64,000 bases of DNA from Thalia democratica (lineage: Eukaryota): the NCBI GenBank assembly GCA_965202585.1, contig OZ241829.1, positions 73,594,001-73,658,000 on the forward strand. The letters are read 5' to 3'. This document shows, one piece after another, positions 41,031-54,305 of this stretch. A program made the position numbers and the translations under genes. The notes under the pieces are model-generated. The model saw nothing but the letters and a program-made list of their open reading frames with translations. It was not told the origin of the DNA and searched no databases. How positions within the stretch are numbered: the first letter of the stretch is position 1; every line of letters starts with the position of its first letter.

Positions 41031-42989
41031 TTATATTTCTACTATTTAATTTGTTAAAAAACTGATCCGCTTTTAGGAAGACGATCATAATTAAAACAAA
41101 ATAATCTTTAAAAAACGTTTAAATAGTAGGGAAGTTTTCGTAGGGAAGCGTAAAAATTTTAGAGAATGCCTTGTAATGATTTTATGATTTAAAAAAGTAA
41201 TTTATTACAAAAGTGAACTGTTAGTTAGCGCTGGATAATAGTCAAAACAAAATAATAATTAAAATACTGTTCAAAATAGCCACTAACCATTAAAAACTGG
41301 AAATATGATTGACAAAAAAACATTCAAGGATGGTTTAAAATTTGTTTTAAAGTAGATATTTTTTAATTACTATCTTTTCATCTAGTAGCACGTATCCAAA
41401 AGAAATTTATCGGCAACGTTGAAGCAAAAAAAATAAAATAATATATATAAAATGTATAAACAGTACTAATCTTGGCTCGAAAGTAGCATCAAATGCATCA
41501 TTTGGATTAGAAATCAATAGTAGAATTGTAAGTCGTCAGACATGTTTGCTCGTAAACTTCAATAGTTAATTAAGTATTCCCATGTTGTTTATGGTGTGTT
41601 GTGTCTATGTATGCAGTAACTTGCCATACAAAAATGTAGAAATTTTCATGGTACAAAAAATAATCTACTGCCTACGATGCCTCAGTCAAACCCTTAGATT
41701 TTGATTAAAAGAAAAGGTGATGAGGAAATGTTTAGACGTAAAAGTCTTACCACCTTTCACTTCACCCTCACTCAGCGCTCGCTTTGCTGTTTCAGTTATC
41801 TTCTGGAAACAGGTGATGAGCGATTCCCAAAATCTCATTGTATCAAGATTGTTTGCAAACGTAGCCGAAATCGGTCGGTTTAAGGACGTTTTGAGCTTAA
41901 ATAACAGCAGTAACGAGTTAGATGAGCCAATGACCGCGACAAATGATTTTGAAAAAGAATAATGTTGTAAAAAAAAATTAAAAAAAAAAAAACTGATGCA
42001 GAGGAAGAAATTAGAATCAAGAAGAAATTAATTTTCATGTTTTTTTTTATTACTATTTGTTAATGTTGTTTAAACGATCACTGTGCTCAAAATTATATGT
42101 AATTTGTATAAAAGTTATTTTATTTGCTTTGTATACGCATAGCCGGTTTCAGCGGAAAGAGTGCTTATAATTTTAAGCAATAACCTGTTGATAGCGCTAA
42201 GTAAATAACCTTTGTAAAAAACTCTGAAGAAACTTGATTATTTTAGTATATCAAGCTGTTACCTTAAGTTTGTACCAATAACAGCTGAGAAAATGCACCA
42301 TGAAAAATTTGTGAAGTTTAGTAAAAATACTAACAGTGCAAAGTTAATTTTATACCGAGTAAGTTATTTGAGAAAACGAAATCTTTCACTTATAATAAAT
42401 ACATAAGGTTTAACAACTGTACATTCCAAATAGCTTGGCAGCTGTTAATGTCGCTCACAGACAACTAAATTTAAAAGAACGAAATCAATAAAAACTTTGC
42501 AAAACATTGCTGAAGCTCAACTTCAAAAAAAAAAATTGTACTCTAAATTTTCAAGAAGTCAAAATGTTACTTCTGAACAAATTTAAGACTGTTTTTGTTT
42601 TAAAAGTGAACCAAAATATTTTAGTTGTTTTATATTGACACTTTTTGCTTAAGTTAATTAATCCCCAATAATAACAAATATGTTGTTACAATGAAGTATA
42701 GAAGAACAAAATTTTACTGGTAGCATCAGTATTAAACAAAGAGAAAGAAGTAAAACGAAAGGTCTATTCATAATTAGTGTGAAAATTTTAGTAAACAGCA
42801 AGCTATTGTCAGTAACAAGTGCTCAAGTTACAATTTAAATAATAGCTCTTTCGAGAAAGCTTGTAGACAGTAACAAATAGAAAATTGTTAAGATACACCC
42901 AAAACATACAGTACACAGATTATAGTTTCTCACAAAAAAAAGCATTAAACTTAATTAACTTTAATTTCACCCAAGGTAAGTTATCATAA

Positions 42990-43306
42990 TTAATAATTTA
43001 CTACTTTTGAGAAAAAACAATTACTAAGTTTCACTGCATAGCGGATTTTCAAATTGCAGATCTGTGTTAAAATATTAATGGTAAAATCTTATAAATGGTA
43101 AACATTTAATGGTTGTTTAACGTTAATATAATTCTTATTCTATTATTTCTTTTCATTTTAATATTTCCGAAAAAACTTAATTCAAACCAATTTTTAATTA
43201 TTTATGATTTTTACCATTATTATTTTACTACAGGTCTACAAATTGTTAATCCACTCTGCGATGAAACTTAGTAATTGTTTTTACTCGAAAATATTAAATT
43301 ATTAAT
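42990..43306. mobile_element. MITE, paralog of 23738-24016
   Basis: Inverted arms GCGGATTTTCAAATTGCAGATCTG / CAGGTCTACAAATTGTTAATCCACTCTGCG. Confidence 0.7.
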
Positions 43307-43468
43307 TATATCTCCCTTGTTGATAAATTACTGTGTCTTATTTATTTGTGTAATTAAATTATCATAACTATTAGTTCTAAATTAAACTAATTAACTAATG
43401 ATAAAATTATGCAACAAGAAAATAATTTTTATAATTATCACAACATGAATATAAATTTAACAACTTAC

Positions 43469-43565
43469 TTGAGTGTTCCATGGAGTTTATTCCGAATTAC
43501 GATGTATCTTGTTGATAGATTGATGAAGTACTCGCTTCAGCGTGATGGATAGATTGTTCTATACT
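43469..43565 (-). other. Exon-like segment, distant family E member (97 nt, no ORF)
   Basis: Minus strand: TTTGGACAG| ... GAACACTCAA|GTAAGT. Confidence 0.4.
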
Positions 43566-44178
43566 CTGTCCAAATGTTAAAATATAAGTGTTACTTATTC
43601 TGTTAATGTAGATTTGAGGTTTATATCTGTAGAGCTCTGTTTGTTACAAAGATTAGTCTAGAATTTGAAGCTATAATTGTTTGTCATTTTAGATCGTCAC
43701 ATTAAAAAGTCACTTTTTATATTATATTATAAAATAGCTGGTTTAAATATTCTAAAAAGTAATATATTATTGTAAGCTCAGCTGAAGTCTGGAGGAATAA
43801 AGTCAACCTTAAAAATATATATAACAACGACAGTTTCAATAAAGCAGTAATTTGCAAATTAATGCTATTATATTCTTACAAGCTTGTTTCGTTCGGACGT
43901 TTTCTGACAAACATATTAACAAACTAAAAATAACAGCTTATCGAACAAAAAACGAAAATGCTCAAAAAATTTTTATTTAACTACCTAAGTGTACGAAAAC
44001 CTCTCGGTCATTGAGTCGTACACGAATTAAGTGTTTTGAACTGTTAACAAGTATTTATAGTCATGTAAGATGACTTTAAAAATTCATCAGTTAGAAGTTA
44101 TTAAAAGAAAGGTTGAAGTGTTATTACAATTTAAATTTATTTATTTTTTGAAAACGCTATATTGTTTAAGTTAGTTAG

Positions 44179-44225
44179 TGACGTCATGATATACTATACT
44201 TGATTATGACGTTAAATTTTGAGAG
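44179..44225 (+). promoter_or_regulatory. Second cassette module alone (CRE - TGACG - TTGAGAG)
   Basis: TGACGTCA 44179, TGACGTTA 44207, TTGAGAG 44219. Confidence 0.5.
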
Positions 44226-44974
44226 TTGCTTTTTTCTTTTTTTTTACGGTTTGTAAATTTCAATACAATTTATAGTATTTTGAAACATTCTCTACAGATC
44301 GGTTGTTATAAAAGTGTTCATAATGTGCAAATAAGTTAAGAATCATTTTGCTTTTTAATGTTCGAACGAATATTGTACTTTTTGTATGTTAGGCAGATTA
44401 CTTTTTTAATTCTTCACAGTTAGCTCATTTGTTATAAAAAGGCAGTGAACGATCTCAAATAGCTTAGTATCAAATAATAATAGTTTCAGATCGGACTCAG
44501 CGTTTTGAGCATAATTGACATACTTCGTGTGATTTTTACAGAACATTATTTAACAAGGTCATACAAGTGGCCAAATATTGTGGCTGCTCTGCTTGTTAGT
44601 AAATGAAGCAACAAATATGCCTGTATTATCAAATATCGAATTTAAAAACAAATATTGTAAGTAGCTCTCTCATTGTTTACAACTACAAGCAACAGCAACA
44701 ATTTACTTATTAACAGCAAGTAATCTCGTCAGTCAAAAGATACGTACCAACTTTCAAACCTCCAATTAACACTCGCGTAAATTAACACAAAAAGTTTATT
44801 AGCCTCCTACTACCCCTTTTTGATAGAAATAAATCAATCAGATCCTTTTTCTTTAGTGTATAACTATTAGTAGGCGAATGATCCAAGCACTGTATATGTC
44901 ATTGAAAGTAGCTATTTTCTTATCTAAAACAATGAATACAATAAAAAATCCACATGTAGATTTGTTACAACGAT

Positions 44975-45700
44975 TTTAATCGCTGATTACACCGAGAGTT
45001 GATCGGGGAGTCGGAAATGAGATGTGAACATAGAATCACAAAGTTACTTACTTAGATGCAATTCGCATTTTTAACTGATCCTCCTTTGTCAAAAAAAGAT
45101 TTGCATGTTATAAGTGGATAATTTTAATTAAAGAACATACTTGATGAAGATAAAAGTAAACTGGTGTTTTTTTATATACACTTCAAGCGAAACCAACTAA
45201 AATATAGGATATCTGTCCAATTTTTACAGAATTAAGAAGATTTTTGGAGTGATAGATAGATTCGAGTGACACAAAAGATTAAACACTAGAGAAGAAGCGA
45301 GATGAGTAAAAAAGACATAAAACAGCACTCGAAGTTACAACGCTTTCAATCGCTGATTACACCGAGAGTTGGTCGGGGAATCGGAAACGAGATTTAGATA
45401 TAGAATCACAAAGTGCCAAGTTACTAGTTATTAGATGCAGTTCGCCTTTTTAACTGATCCATCTTAGTCAAAAGCAGATTTGGATTTTATTAGTGGGTTG
45501 TTTCAATTAAAAGAACAACGTAGATGAAGATAAAAGTTAATTGGAGTTTGTTTAAACACTCTTAACTCGAAATAAACTAAAATGGAAATATCAGTCAACC
45601 TTTTACGGGATTCAGCAGAGATTTGGAGGTATAAAAAGATTCGTGTGACGCAAATGACTAAACACGAGATAAGAAGCGAGATGAGTGAAAAAGACATAAA
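44975..45700. repeat. Local direct duplication of ~360 bp
   Basis: AATCGCTGATTACACCGAGAGTTG occurs near 44978 and 45347. U4 (59290-59630) has a single copy. Confidence 0.8.
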
Positions 45701-46119
45701 GAAGCATTCGAAGCAGGACTCTCGAAGGAGCAGCCTAAAAATCCGGTTGATCATATTGAAACACCAAAAATATTGCTAAACAATCTTCATTTATACCCCG
45801 ATTGTCAACCGTGACACATGTTTAATGAATATATAATTAAGTGGTAACAATCAAAAACTCCCGTTTCTTCACAGTGTGTTAAGGTTAGGCGTAAAGTATT
45901 GAGAACTGCCCGACCAACAAACTACAACGGCATCGGAGTGAATTAGTTAAAAAAGAAAAACATAAAGTTCATGCATACGAAGAATTTCAACATGAAAATA
46001 TAAACAAGCTTGCTCATGCAAACAACTAGCTCGAAAAAGCACCACGTAACATACCAACGGGAGCACAAAGTCAACATAAGGTTGTTACATTAAAACTTTC
46101 AACACAGATATTATAGTTT

Positions 46120-46160
46120 TACTAACAGAGGACGTCATTAGCCTTTATGACGTCACTGCT
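46120..46160 (-). promoter_or_regulatory. Short-spaced CRE pair (10-nt spacer)
   Basis: GGACGTCA 46130, TGACGTCA 46148. Paralog at 60081/60099. Confidence 0.45.
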
Positions 46161-46304
46161 TCAAACAGAACTGTAAACACAGTGTAATAATAAGCTTTTT
46201 GTTTGCGCTTAAGTGAACTACATGGTAACTCTTAAAATTGTTACGACCTGAGCTATTGACACTCAAACACAAGCATTAATGAATATGAGTATGAAAAATA
46301 TCAA

Positions 46305-47075
46305 GGCAAAGAATTTAAACGATATCAGTAAAAACTACATAAATAAAAATATTACTAATAAAATTAAAACGTGAATGCAAAAAAAATTGAACAAAAATTT
46401 GAGACAACAACTATTCAAAAAAGTAAAATGTAATATTTTAAATAAATTTTGATTATGTAAACAGTTAAAGGTTTCATCAGAAAATACTCAATTTAATTAA
46501 TTAGTAGTTCAACTGAAATTAACATACGTATAGAACTAAAAGTAAAGTACACAAGTAGTAAAATAAAACAAGCGACAAACTAAGCAAAAAAACTTAATTT
46601 TATTTTGTTAAACACTTAATAATTATCATCTAAGCGTTTCAGAATATTTTTTTGTACAAACATTTAGACCTAGTTTATACAAGCAACAGTGTGTTTATAA
46701 GTATAATCTTTATAAGTTGTTAAAATTCTTGTTTGTCGCTTTTTCTATTTTACTTGTAGTTTGTTTTACTATTAATTTTCAACGGAGGCTTATCTTAGTT
46801 GATTAACCAATTAAATTATAGTTATGTAATTATATACAATTAGTCTATCTCTAGTTAATTTTTCCTGATGTTTAATTTTGATAGTTGAGTATTTTCTGAT
46901 GAAACATATAACTGTTTATTTACTTAAAGTTTATTTTTAAAATTAGTTGCTAAAAAAGTATTTTTAATGGTTTGCTGAAATGTATTTTACTTGTTTGCTA
47001 AATAAAAATGTTTTTAATAAGTATTGTCTTAAGTTTTTGTTTGATACCTGTAGTTCTTTAGAAATATTTGGCAAA
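46305..47075. mobile_element. Long imperfect foldback (~0.75 kb), probably an old MITE
   Basis: Nested inverted arms: 46459-46491 vs 46885-46917 (31/33), 46557-46580 vs 46731-46754 (22/24), plus outer arms about 46388-46430 vs 46983-47042. Confidence 0.55.
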
Positions 47076-47496
47076 AAACTATTAAAAGTACAATTTAAAG
47101 GAAATTTGTAACTAAATTTAGATAATAATTTGATTATAATCAGTGAGAGCGGTCTTTTTTTATTTCTAAAAAAGAGTGTTTATAAACTTAATTTTAGAAA
47201 ACCGTGCCCTATTGAACATTTTTTTTGCATCGACTGACTATTAGATGCAAGTAGTAGTGCGCATAGTAGCTTTTTGAAAAACTATCAGGGGGACGGTTAC
47301 TGTTTAAATTTCTTAAAGGTGATTGTTACGAAATTTGGCTTTAAAAAGCTGATAAAGATCAATGCTAGACAAATGTACTTAACTTCATTTGTTTAAGATC
47401 ATTTAGGATAAAACATCTTAAGTAGTAATTCTCAGTTAGCTTAATTAAGGAGATATGTTAGCTTACGCAGCATGTTTTGTAAATTTGAAAACTTAC

Positions 47497-47592
47497 TTGG
47501 AGTGTTTGCTTTGTTCCATCAAATGCATCCTATACCATTGATGTCAGCTTGAAAGATTGTTGATTCTTTCCACGAAAACAAGCTGCCATCCT
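47497..47592 (-). other. Exon-like segment, family E paralog (96 nt)
   Basis: Minus strand: CTTTAACAG|AGGATGGCAG ... AAACACTCCAA|GTAAGT. In-frame TAG. Confidence 0.45.
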
Positions 47593-48619
47593 CTGTTAAA
47601 GTGTTGAAAAATTAACATTTTAAATGTCTGTTTTATACAGATAAAAGATTTTTTATCAATTTGAAAGTTACTTCTACCTATAATTATTACTAATGTATAA
47701 CTATTTCAGCTAAATAAATAAATTTAAAAATAGATATTTTCTTTAAATTAATATGCAAATACCTACTGTATTAAATAATTCTACTACTAATGTGTAAATA
47801 TTTTATCTTTATACATTAATTTAAAACTAGAGATTTTCTTTTAATTAATATGCAGTACAATTCAATAACACCACACGTCACCACTGCTTATAACATATAA
47901 ATATAAATTAAAACTATGTTACTTTATTTGTTGTTTTTCAAAAGCATTTTAATTTAACAATACGTGAGACAAAAGAAATCTTATTTGAAAATTCTTCAAA
48001 TATAATTTTGAAACATCTTGCTTAAAACCTTCAGTTGTTTTTTAAAAGTATTTTAGTTTAACAACACGCAACAAAAAAGATGTTTTTAAATTCTGAAATA
48101 ATAATTGTAGAATTTATTTAAACAGTATGTGTAAGTTTAACAAGGAGAAATAATTTAAAAAATTCACTATTGCTAAAAATAAAACTTGATACTTTCATTG
48201 TATTCTATATTTAACGATTAAATGGTAATTAAGTACTACTTTAGTTATAGTTTGACTAAATAGCTTCAGTAAATCATGTAATAATTTGAAAAAAAAACGT
48301 ATTTCTCAGTATTAATTTAGCTACTTTAAAATATTTGTAAAAACATAATGTTTAAAAGTATAAATAAAATATTAGCTATTAATGTAAAAATTCTAATTAC
48401 AATGACTATATTTCAAAATATTTCCGTGTTGCATTAATAAATTGTTAAAAAAAAAATAATATTTTTAATTGTTGTAGTTAAACATACAAAGCAGATAAAA
48501 CATTGAGAAACTTGTCAGACTATACTAAAACATTTATCCTGTTATTTTTCTACAGTTTTAGAGTTATAAGTAAACTAAAAATCTCAAGTAATACTTATGT
48601 TATAAAGCCGAAAGTAAAA

Positions 48620-48967
48620 AAGATGGCGGCAATACTTGAGCACAGGAAGTTTGCGATTTTTTAACTTAAAACTGCTGCTTCACAAAACTTAAGTGACGTC
48701 ACAAAACTTCAGCTGAAAAAAAAACTGTTTTTTACGTCACAAGCGGCTTTTACCTCAAGAACCGAAGCGTTAACGTTTCACAGAAAGCATGTTGGGCCGC
48801 GCTCGGCAGGCCTTAAAATTAATCCCTTAGAAGAAGACAACTTGAGCTTAATATGCGTGCTGCCACTTTGAACGTTACTCATACTATGAAGGCGTTCAAT
48901 CGTTGGTGACGTCACTTTAAATTCAATCTGATATATGACGCAAATTCAATCTGAAAATGTGAGAGAG
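48620..48967 (+). promoter_or_regulatory. Full CRE/hairpin cassette
   Basis: AAGATGGCG 48620, TGACGTCA 48694, TACGTCA 48733, hairpin 48794-48813, TGACGTCA 48907, TGACGC 48936, GTGAGAGAG 48959. Confidence 0.6.
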
Positions 48968-49492
48968 TTTTTTACGCTGCCTCAGTCTACCTGCTGTTTG
49001 GCAATTTTAATGTTTTATATGATTAAAATATAATAATAAACATAGCAATTAAGATGAAGTTGTATATGTAGTCAAGATAAATAAGTAAAACTATTAATGA
49101 TACTAAACTTGAATCTGTACGCAGGCTAATATGTACAAATACAAAAAATTAAGTTTAAGTATAATTTTAGGCCTAATAAAAATAATTATCAAGAGTAATT
49201 TTAAGCATGTATTTTGGCTAATAAAAACAAATTTAATTATAATCATTAAATTTGAATAACAGAAGTGTGAGATAGATTTATGAGACGCAGATAACAAAAC
49301 GAGTGAAAGTATGTAAACGTAATCCTCAATGGATCAACCATACTACAATATTAGACTTACACTGGACGAGCCGACGACGGTAACTATTAAGTTGTCGGTG
49401 TGTAGGAATCAAAAAAATATATATTATCGGATTACAATCCTCCTCACAGAGAGGAATACCTTTCCTTCCTCGATGGCTGTCATAAATGGGTC

Positions 49493-49706
49493 GTCACAGA
49501 GTGACACTTTAGCACGGAGTGACACTTAAGCGCGGAGTGACACTTTGGCACGGAGTAACACTTTAGCGCAGATAGACCTTTTAACAAGGGTCGTAATTTA
49601 AGAACGAAACAACACTAAACCACGGAGTGACACTTTAACACGGAGTGGCACTCTGGCACGGTGTGAAACTTTGGCTCAAATTGACATTTTAGCTCGGTGT
49701 CACTCC
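49493..49706. repeat. 18-bp module array (GGAGTGACACTTTRGCAC), foldback-family remnant
   Basis: Four tandem modules at about 49499-49570, further modules at 49620-49690, and an inverted terminal GTGTCACTCC. Confidence 0.75.
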
Positions 49707-52099
49707 ATTCTTACACTTATATCGTTTAAAAAACGATTATGTTTGATTTGACAAAAACATACCGAATGCTTATTTAATAAAAAAAATTGTTTAGTGTTTC
49801 AAAACAAAAGATAATCAATATTAAAATAATATTTTGTGTAAAAGTGTCACAAATTTAAACTAAGGAATCGAAATATATATATAAACAATATTTCAAACAA
49901 TTTGACTTATAAACTTTTAAAGCACTTTAGGGACAACGATAAGGTATGCTTTTACACCGAAACTTAAATTACAAAATTATTAGTTGTGTTACACCTAAAT
50001 TGAGTCATATAAGCATTATTTTTATGTTCAAGTAATTTAAAATACTATCTTAATAATACTTAGTTACTACAATAATAATACTACAATAAATGTGTTTTTT
50101 CTGTAGCGTAATTTATTGATGTACCACCTATTGTATATAAACAAAGTAAATGAAAAAAGCGGTGTAAGTAGAAACTATTACTATAAATTTAAATCAATAA
50201 TAAGCAAAAATATTTAATGGATGTAAAATAAATTTTAATGAAATAACTTATGTACAATGACAATAAATTAACTAACCAGAGGGTTCATGCTAATGTTCCA
50301 TTTTCATAGTTTCTGATTACAAAAGACGTAGTTGATTTTTTTTGTCGACTTAACTGTTAAAATAAAATTTGTTAAATAATTGTAAACTAATATAAGCTTT
50401 TTTATTGACATTTTAGAACTTATAGAACTACATTATGAATGTGGATCGTAAGCTGGTTGTTTGCTTCAACGGTTAAAAGTAGAAGTTAACAAACGAAGTT
50501 ATTTTTTAAGAGTTTTTGTTAACAGTAGTAGTACTGTACAGATAACTTAAAATATTCCATTTTTAATAACGAAAACTTTGTTTTAAATTTCAAGAAAAAA
50601 AGTTTGGAATGTTTATTTATTGGTATCAGTTAGCACAACGCAGAGTAAAGTAATTTTCTACAGTTGTTTAACCATATGTATATGAATAAAATTGCATTTA
50701 AACACTTTTTTTTTACTTTGATTAATAATTTTAATCGTTTAAACAATATTTTTAGTTAAAACAAAAACTTAGGTAACGTGTTATGAATAAAACACACTTT
50801 GAACAAACGCAATTTACTTTATTTTCAATAAAAATTCTTAGTTCTGAAGAAAGAAACTATTAAATCACGACACAAATAAAATCTATAAAAGTATCAACAA
50901 TCGTAAAGTTATATAAATACTAACATCAACTCCGCGATGTAGACGTTTTCTTTATTCTCGAAATTTGTGAATAAAACGCTGAACTTAATCGTAACTTTAT
51001 CGTACCGCGGAATAACAAAGTAATTAATTATTAAAACTAAGGAACAACTAACGCGTATTTAAAAGACAAACGCAAATATATACGCATTGAAATGAAGTTT
51101 ACTCCTTGAAATAACAAAAATATTTGTTTTTAATACTGTAAGCACGTCACGAAATATGCGTAAAACAGTTTACAACATCCGCTTTAAAATACGAAAATGA
51201 GATGTTAAAATCATTACAAGGTAAATTAGAGAAAACTATTCTAACTCTCTACGGTGTCATGAGAATTTTGAGGCTTTTTGATTGAGATTTAATCTTTTAG
51301 GTTGTTTAAACTTAACTGTATTAGAAGTCTGTTTGTATTTTAAAAATTTATTTTCTAGTAAAAATAAGATATCCTTTATAGCATTTTCCATTAATATATA
51401 AGCTCGAGGGATGTAGAGTTTTGTAGCTTTTTTATTCTTTATTGTCTTTTTTAGATAGTTTAGCATTTGTAAATAAATTAGCAAATAATTTTTGTGCACG
51501 AATAGAGTATAGTATAAAAATAACAAAAGCGCACTAACCCTGCATCTGCAGCAGCAATTGTAGCGTACACCTGCGAGGGATCCATTTCATCGACAACCTC
51601 AGCAGCGCCTTCAAGTGGCTCGTCTAGTTGCTGGATGTCTCCGTTTTATCGGTTGCTATATCAATAACACCGTTCAGATAGACTGTTAGAAATAATTTAT
51701 TTTGAAAAACTTACTATTAATTTTTAAAAAAGTATTAATTTAATTTTATATAGCCTTTGATTTAGGTGACGTTTTTGCTGTTCAGACAACTACAATAAAT
51801 TCTAAATGCAATCAGTCCTCGTTAAAAGTATCTCTACTCAAAATTGAAATTTCATTAACTTAAGTTGAAATTTAAATACTTTTTGATCAAATAACAGTTT
51901 TAGATTTGTTCATTGCTTTATTAAAAAAAAATTATACAAAAATAGTAGGTAAAGTAGTATTGTGTTTAAAAGTAATTTAGTTTTTATCAGTATTATAATT
52001 CAATAATTTTATTATTAAAAACTTAGTTTACAAAACCGCAAACTTGTTAACTTCACAGGACTTTTAACGTTCAACGGAATATTGGCTTACAAAACAAAG

Positions 52100-52390
52100 A
52101 GTCAATGTGATTTCAATAAAAAATAAAAAAAAAAGTCTCGTAACAGTTCACTTTCGCTTCACCAGCAAAGTTCGAGGCGAATTCAACGAAAGACTTAGAA
52201 TTCAAAGATTCATTCATTTCAAGCCATTTTAAATGGCTGTAAAACTAAGCAAATTACGAGGATAAATAAGAATACTCTTCGACTAGACACTCTGAACCCA
52301 ATTTGTGCAGTGAAATCGAGTATTTTCTGCACTCGGCCTGTGACGTAATATTTAAATACATACTTGTTTGTGACGTAAAAATTTGAGAGC
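52100..52390 (+). promoter_or_regulatory. CRE/hairpin cassette at unit start (first CREs degenerate)
   Basis: TTCACTTTCGCTTCACCAGC as at 27.6 and 36.9 kb, hairpin AGCCATT-tta-AATGGCT 52222-52238, TGACGTAA 52341 and 52371, TTGAGAG 52383. Confidence 0.5.
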
Positions 52391-54254
52391 TGCTCTTTTC
52401 TATGTGTTGTAAGCATGAGTTTTAGTGTTGATAAACTTTAAGCTTTTTTCTAGATACGCTTTAGTTGATTTCTATATATAGGTGGTTTTAATAGCCTTCA
52501 AAATGTGCATAGAAATTACGGAAGAAATGTGTTGCTATATTTTAAGCGTTAAAAACTTACTCACACTTTACGAAACTTATTGTCGATTCCTTTACTGTTT
52601 ATTGTCGTAAAAGATATTTGTAACTTTTATTTCATGAAAGATCACCAATAACAAAATAAAGTTTTTATCTTCGATTATCTAACGATTCAGAGTTATAAGA
52701 AAACCGACATATTTATCGTTAATAGCCTTCTTTATTTTCACATATCTTTCAGAATAAATTACCCCTGTTATCCAGTCATGCACAAATTTACAAAACACTA
52801 TTTAACTTATTCAACCAAGGATGACCACAGCTCAGTCAAAAAAGTAATTAGTTTTTACGAGAAGATTAATTATTTTTTTAATATCAGCCTAAGATAAGAA
52901 AAATATTTTGTTTTTGCAACGTGCACAAAACAAGCAAATTGATAATTTGGTTGTTAATGATCTTCGTCTTATGAAAAAAAAATAAAAACAATGAAATTAA
53001 AATATGATAAGTTGATTGAAGTAACCACTGGTGTAAAAAACCATTGGCATAACAATAATTTCAGTGCGAGTATAATGCCAAGCAAAAGCTTGTAATTTCA
53101 TAAGCACTTAACTTGTAGTAAATGGATGCGAACGTAGTAAGCTAAAAATGGTGATTAAACAAAAGAAGCAACACGTAAATATTGCAGGTAATAACATTAA
53201 AATTACTTCAGCATTTGTTAGAATAATAGGTCTTTAGCAATGTCAATATGCTATCAAAATAATTTCTTTTTGTGAAGACAGATATTTTGGTCGCTAACTG
53301 AAAATTTGCAGTTTGTACCAGCACTTTCCTATTTTAAATTTAAGAAAACAGTCAAATCAATATAATGTTTAATACAAAGTCTGTTATAGGCTTAAATCTG
53401 TTATTGCATACTTTCAATTAGAGTGGTGTTAGAGATGAAATGTCACTTTTTTTTTGTTGACGATCCAAAAAAAGTACTGATTTGGAGTACGAGATTATTA
53501 TTTAAGACTCAAGATCAAACATACGCACATTAGGTTAAATATTTAATAATTTATTATTTTGACAGATCGCTCGTTTTTTATATATAAGGAGTATTTTCAT
53601 TGAGTGACCACAAATAGTTGTGAAACATGATTATGATAAAAGGTTTGTATCAACATTCTAAGAACTAAAACGAATTGAATAACATTTTTGCATAGATCAC
53701 AATATATTTTATGTAAGGGCAATTAAACAACGTTAAACCGTGGCAAACTCTGGTTGTCAGTAACAAACATAGGATGATAAAAAGGTATATTTTACTCAGC
53801 TTTCCTGAATAGTTCGATAGAATTTCGTCATTGAGAATAAGGGTCAAGCTAATTATTAAATTGCCAAAGTATCGAAAATATTACAAGATAGTCTGAAGCT
53901 AGAAACACCAAAAGACGGCAAAGAATGCGTTAACGATTTTATTAAACTTATGCGCTGCTTCTGGCAGAGAAGACACAAGTCAGACTTAAAAAGAACATTA
54001 AAAGCAGGTAAAAAACTTTCAAACCCAAAAGAGCAAACAACAAAACCACAAGCTCAGAGACACATAACCCGACGAGCCAACGCCAGTCACGGATAGTCTA
54101 AACCTTCGACTGACAACGATGTTTGTTATTGGAGACAATGAAGATGCTGCAACACAGCAATTGTTGCTCATCAGCCACAAAAAAACAAGTCACGATGTCC
54201 TTTAAAAATACTGTCAAGAAACATAATGTAGTTAGTTTATAGTCTGCTGTACTC

Positions 54255-54305
54255 TCTAACGCAATATCTAACATATGACGTCATAAACCGTTTGTGATGT
54301 CACAC
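54255..54305 (-). promoter_or_regulatory. Short-spaced CRE pair (11-nt spacer)
   Basis: TGACGTCA 54276, TGATGTCA 54295. Confidence 0.45.

Larger units (their letters stand above)
36860..52100. repeat. Tandem array unit U3 (~15.2 kb, most complete)
   Basis: 37300-50230 is colinear with 53500-64000 apart from indels. Confidence 0.85.

Noticed and set aside
41717-41962. 81-aa plus-strand ORF
   Set aside because: The frame is broken by stops or frameshifts in the 22.5-kb and 56.6-kb paralogs; no recognisable domain.
45582-45779. 65-aa lysine-rich ORF
   Set aside because: Not open in the U4 paralog or in the adjacent local duplicate.
49499-49570. CRISPR-like array
   Set aside because: 18-bp modules are directly tandem with no unique spacers, there are no cas genes, and the context is eukaryotic.
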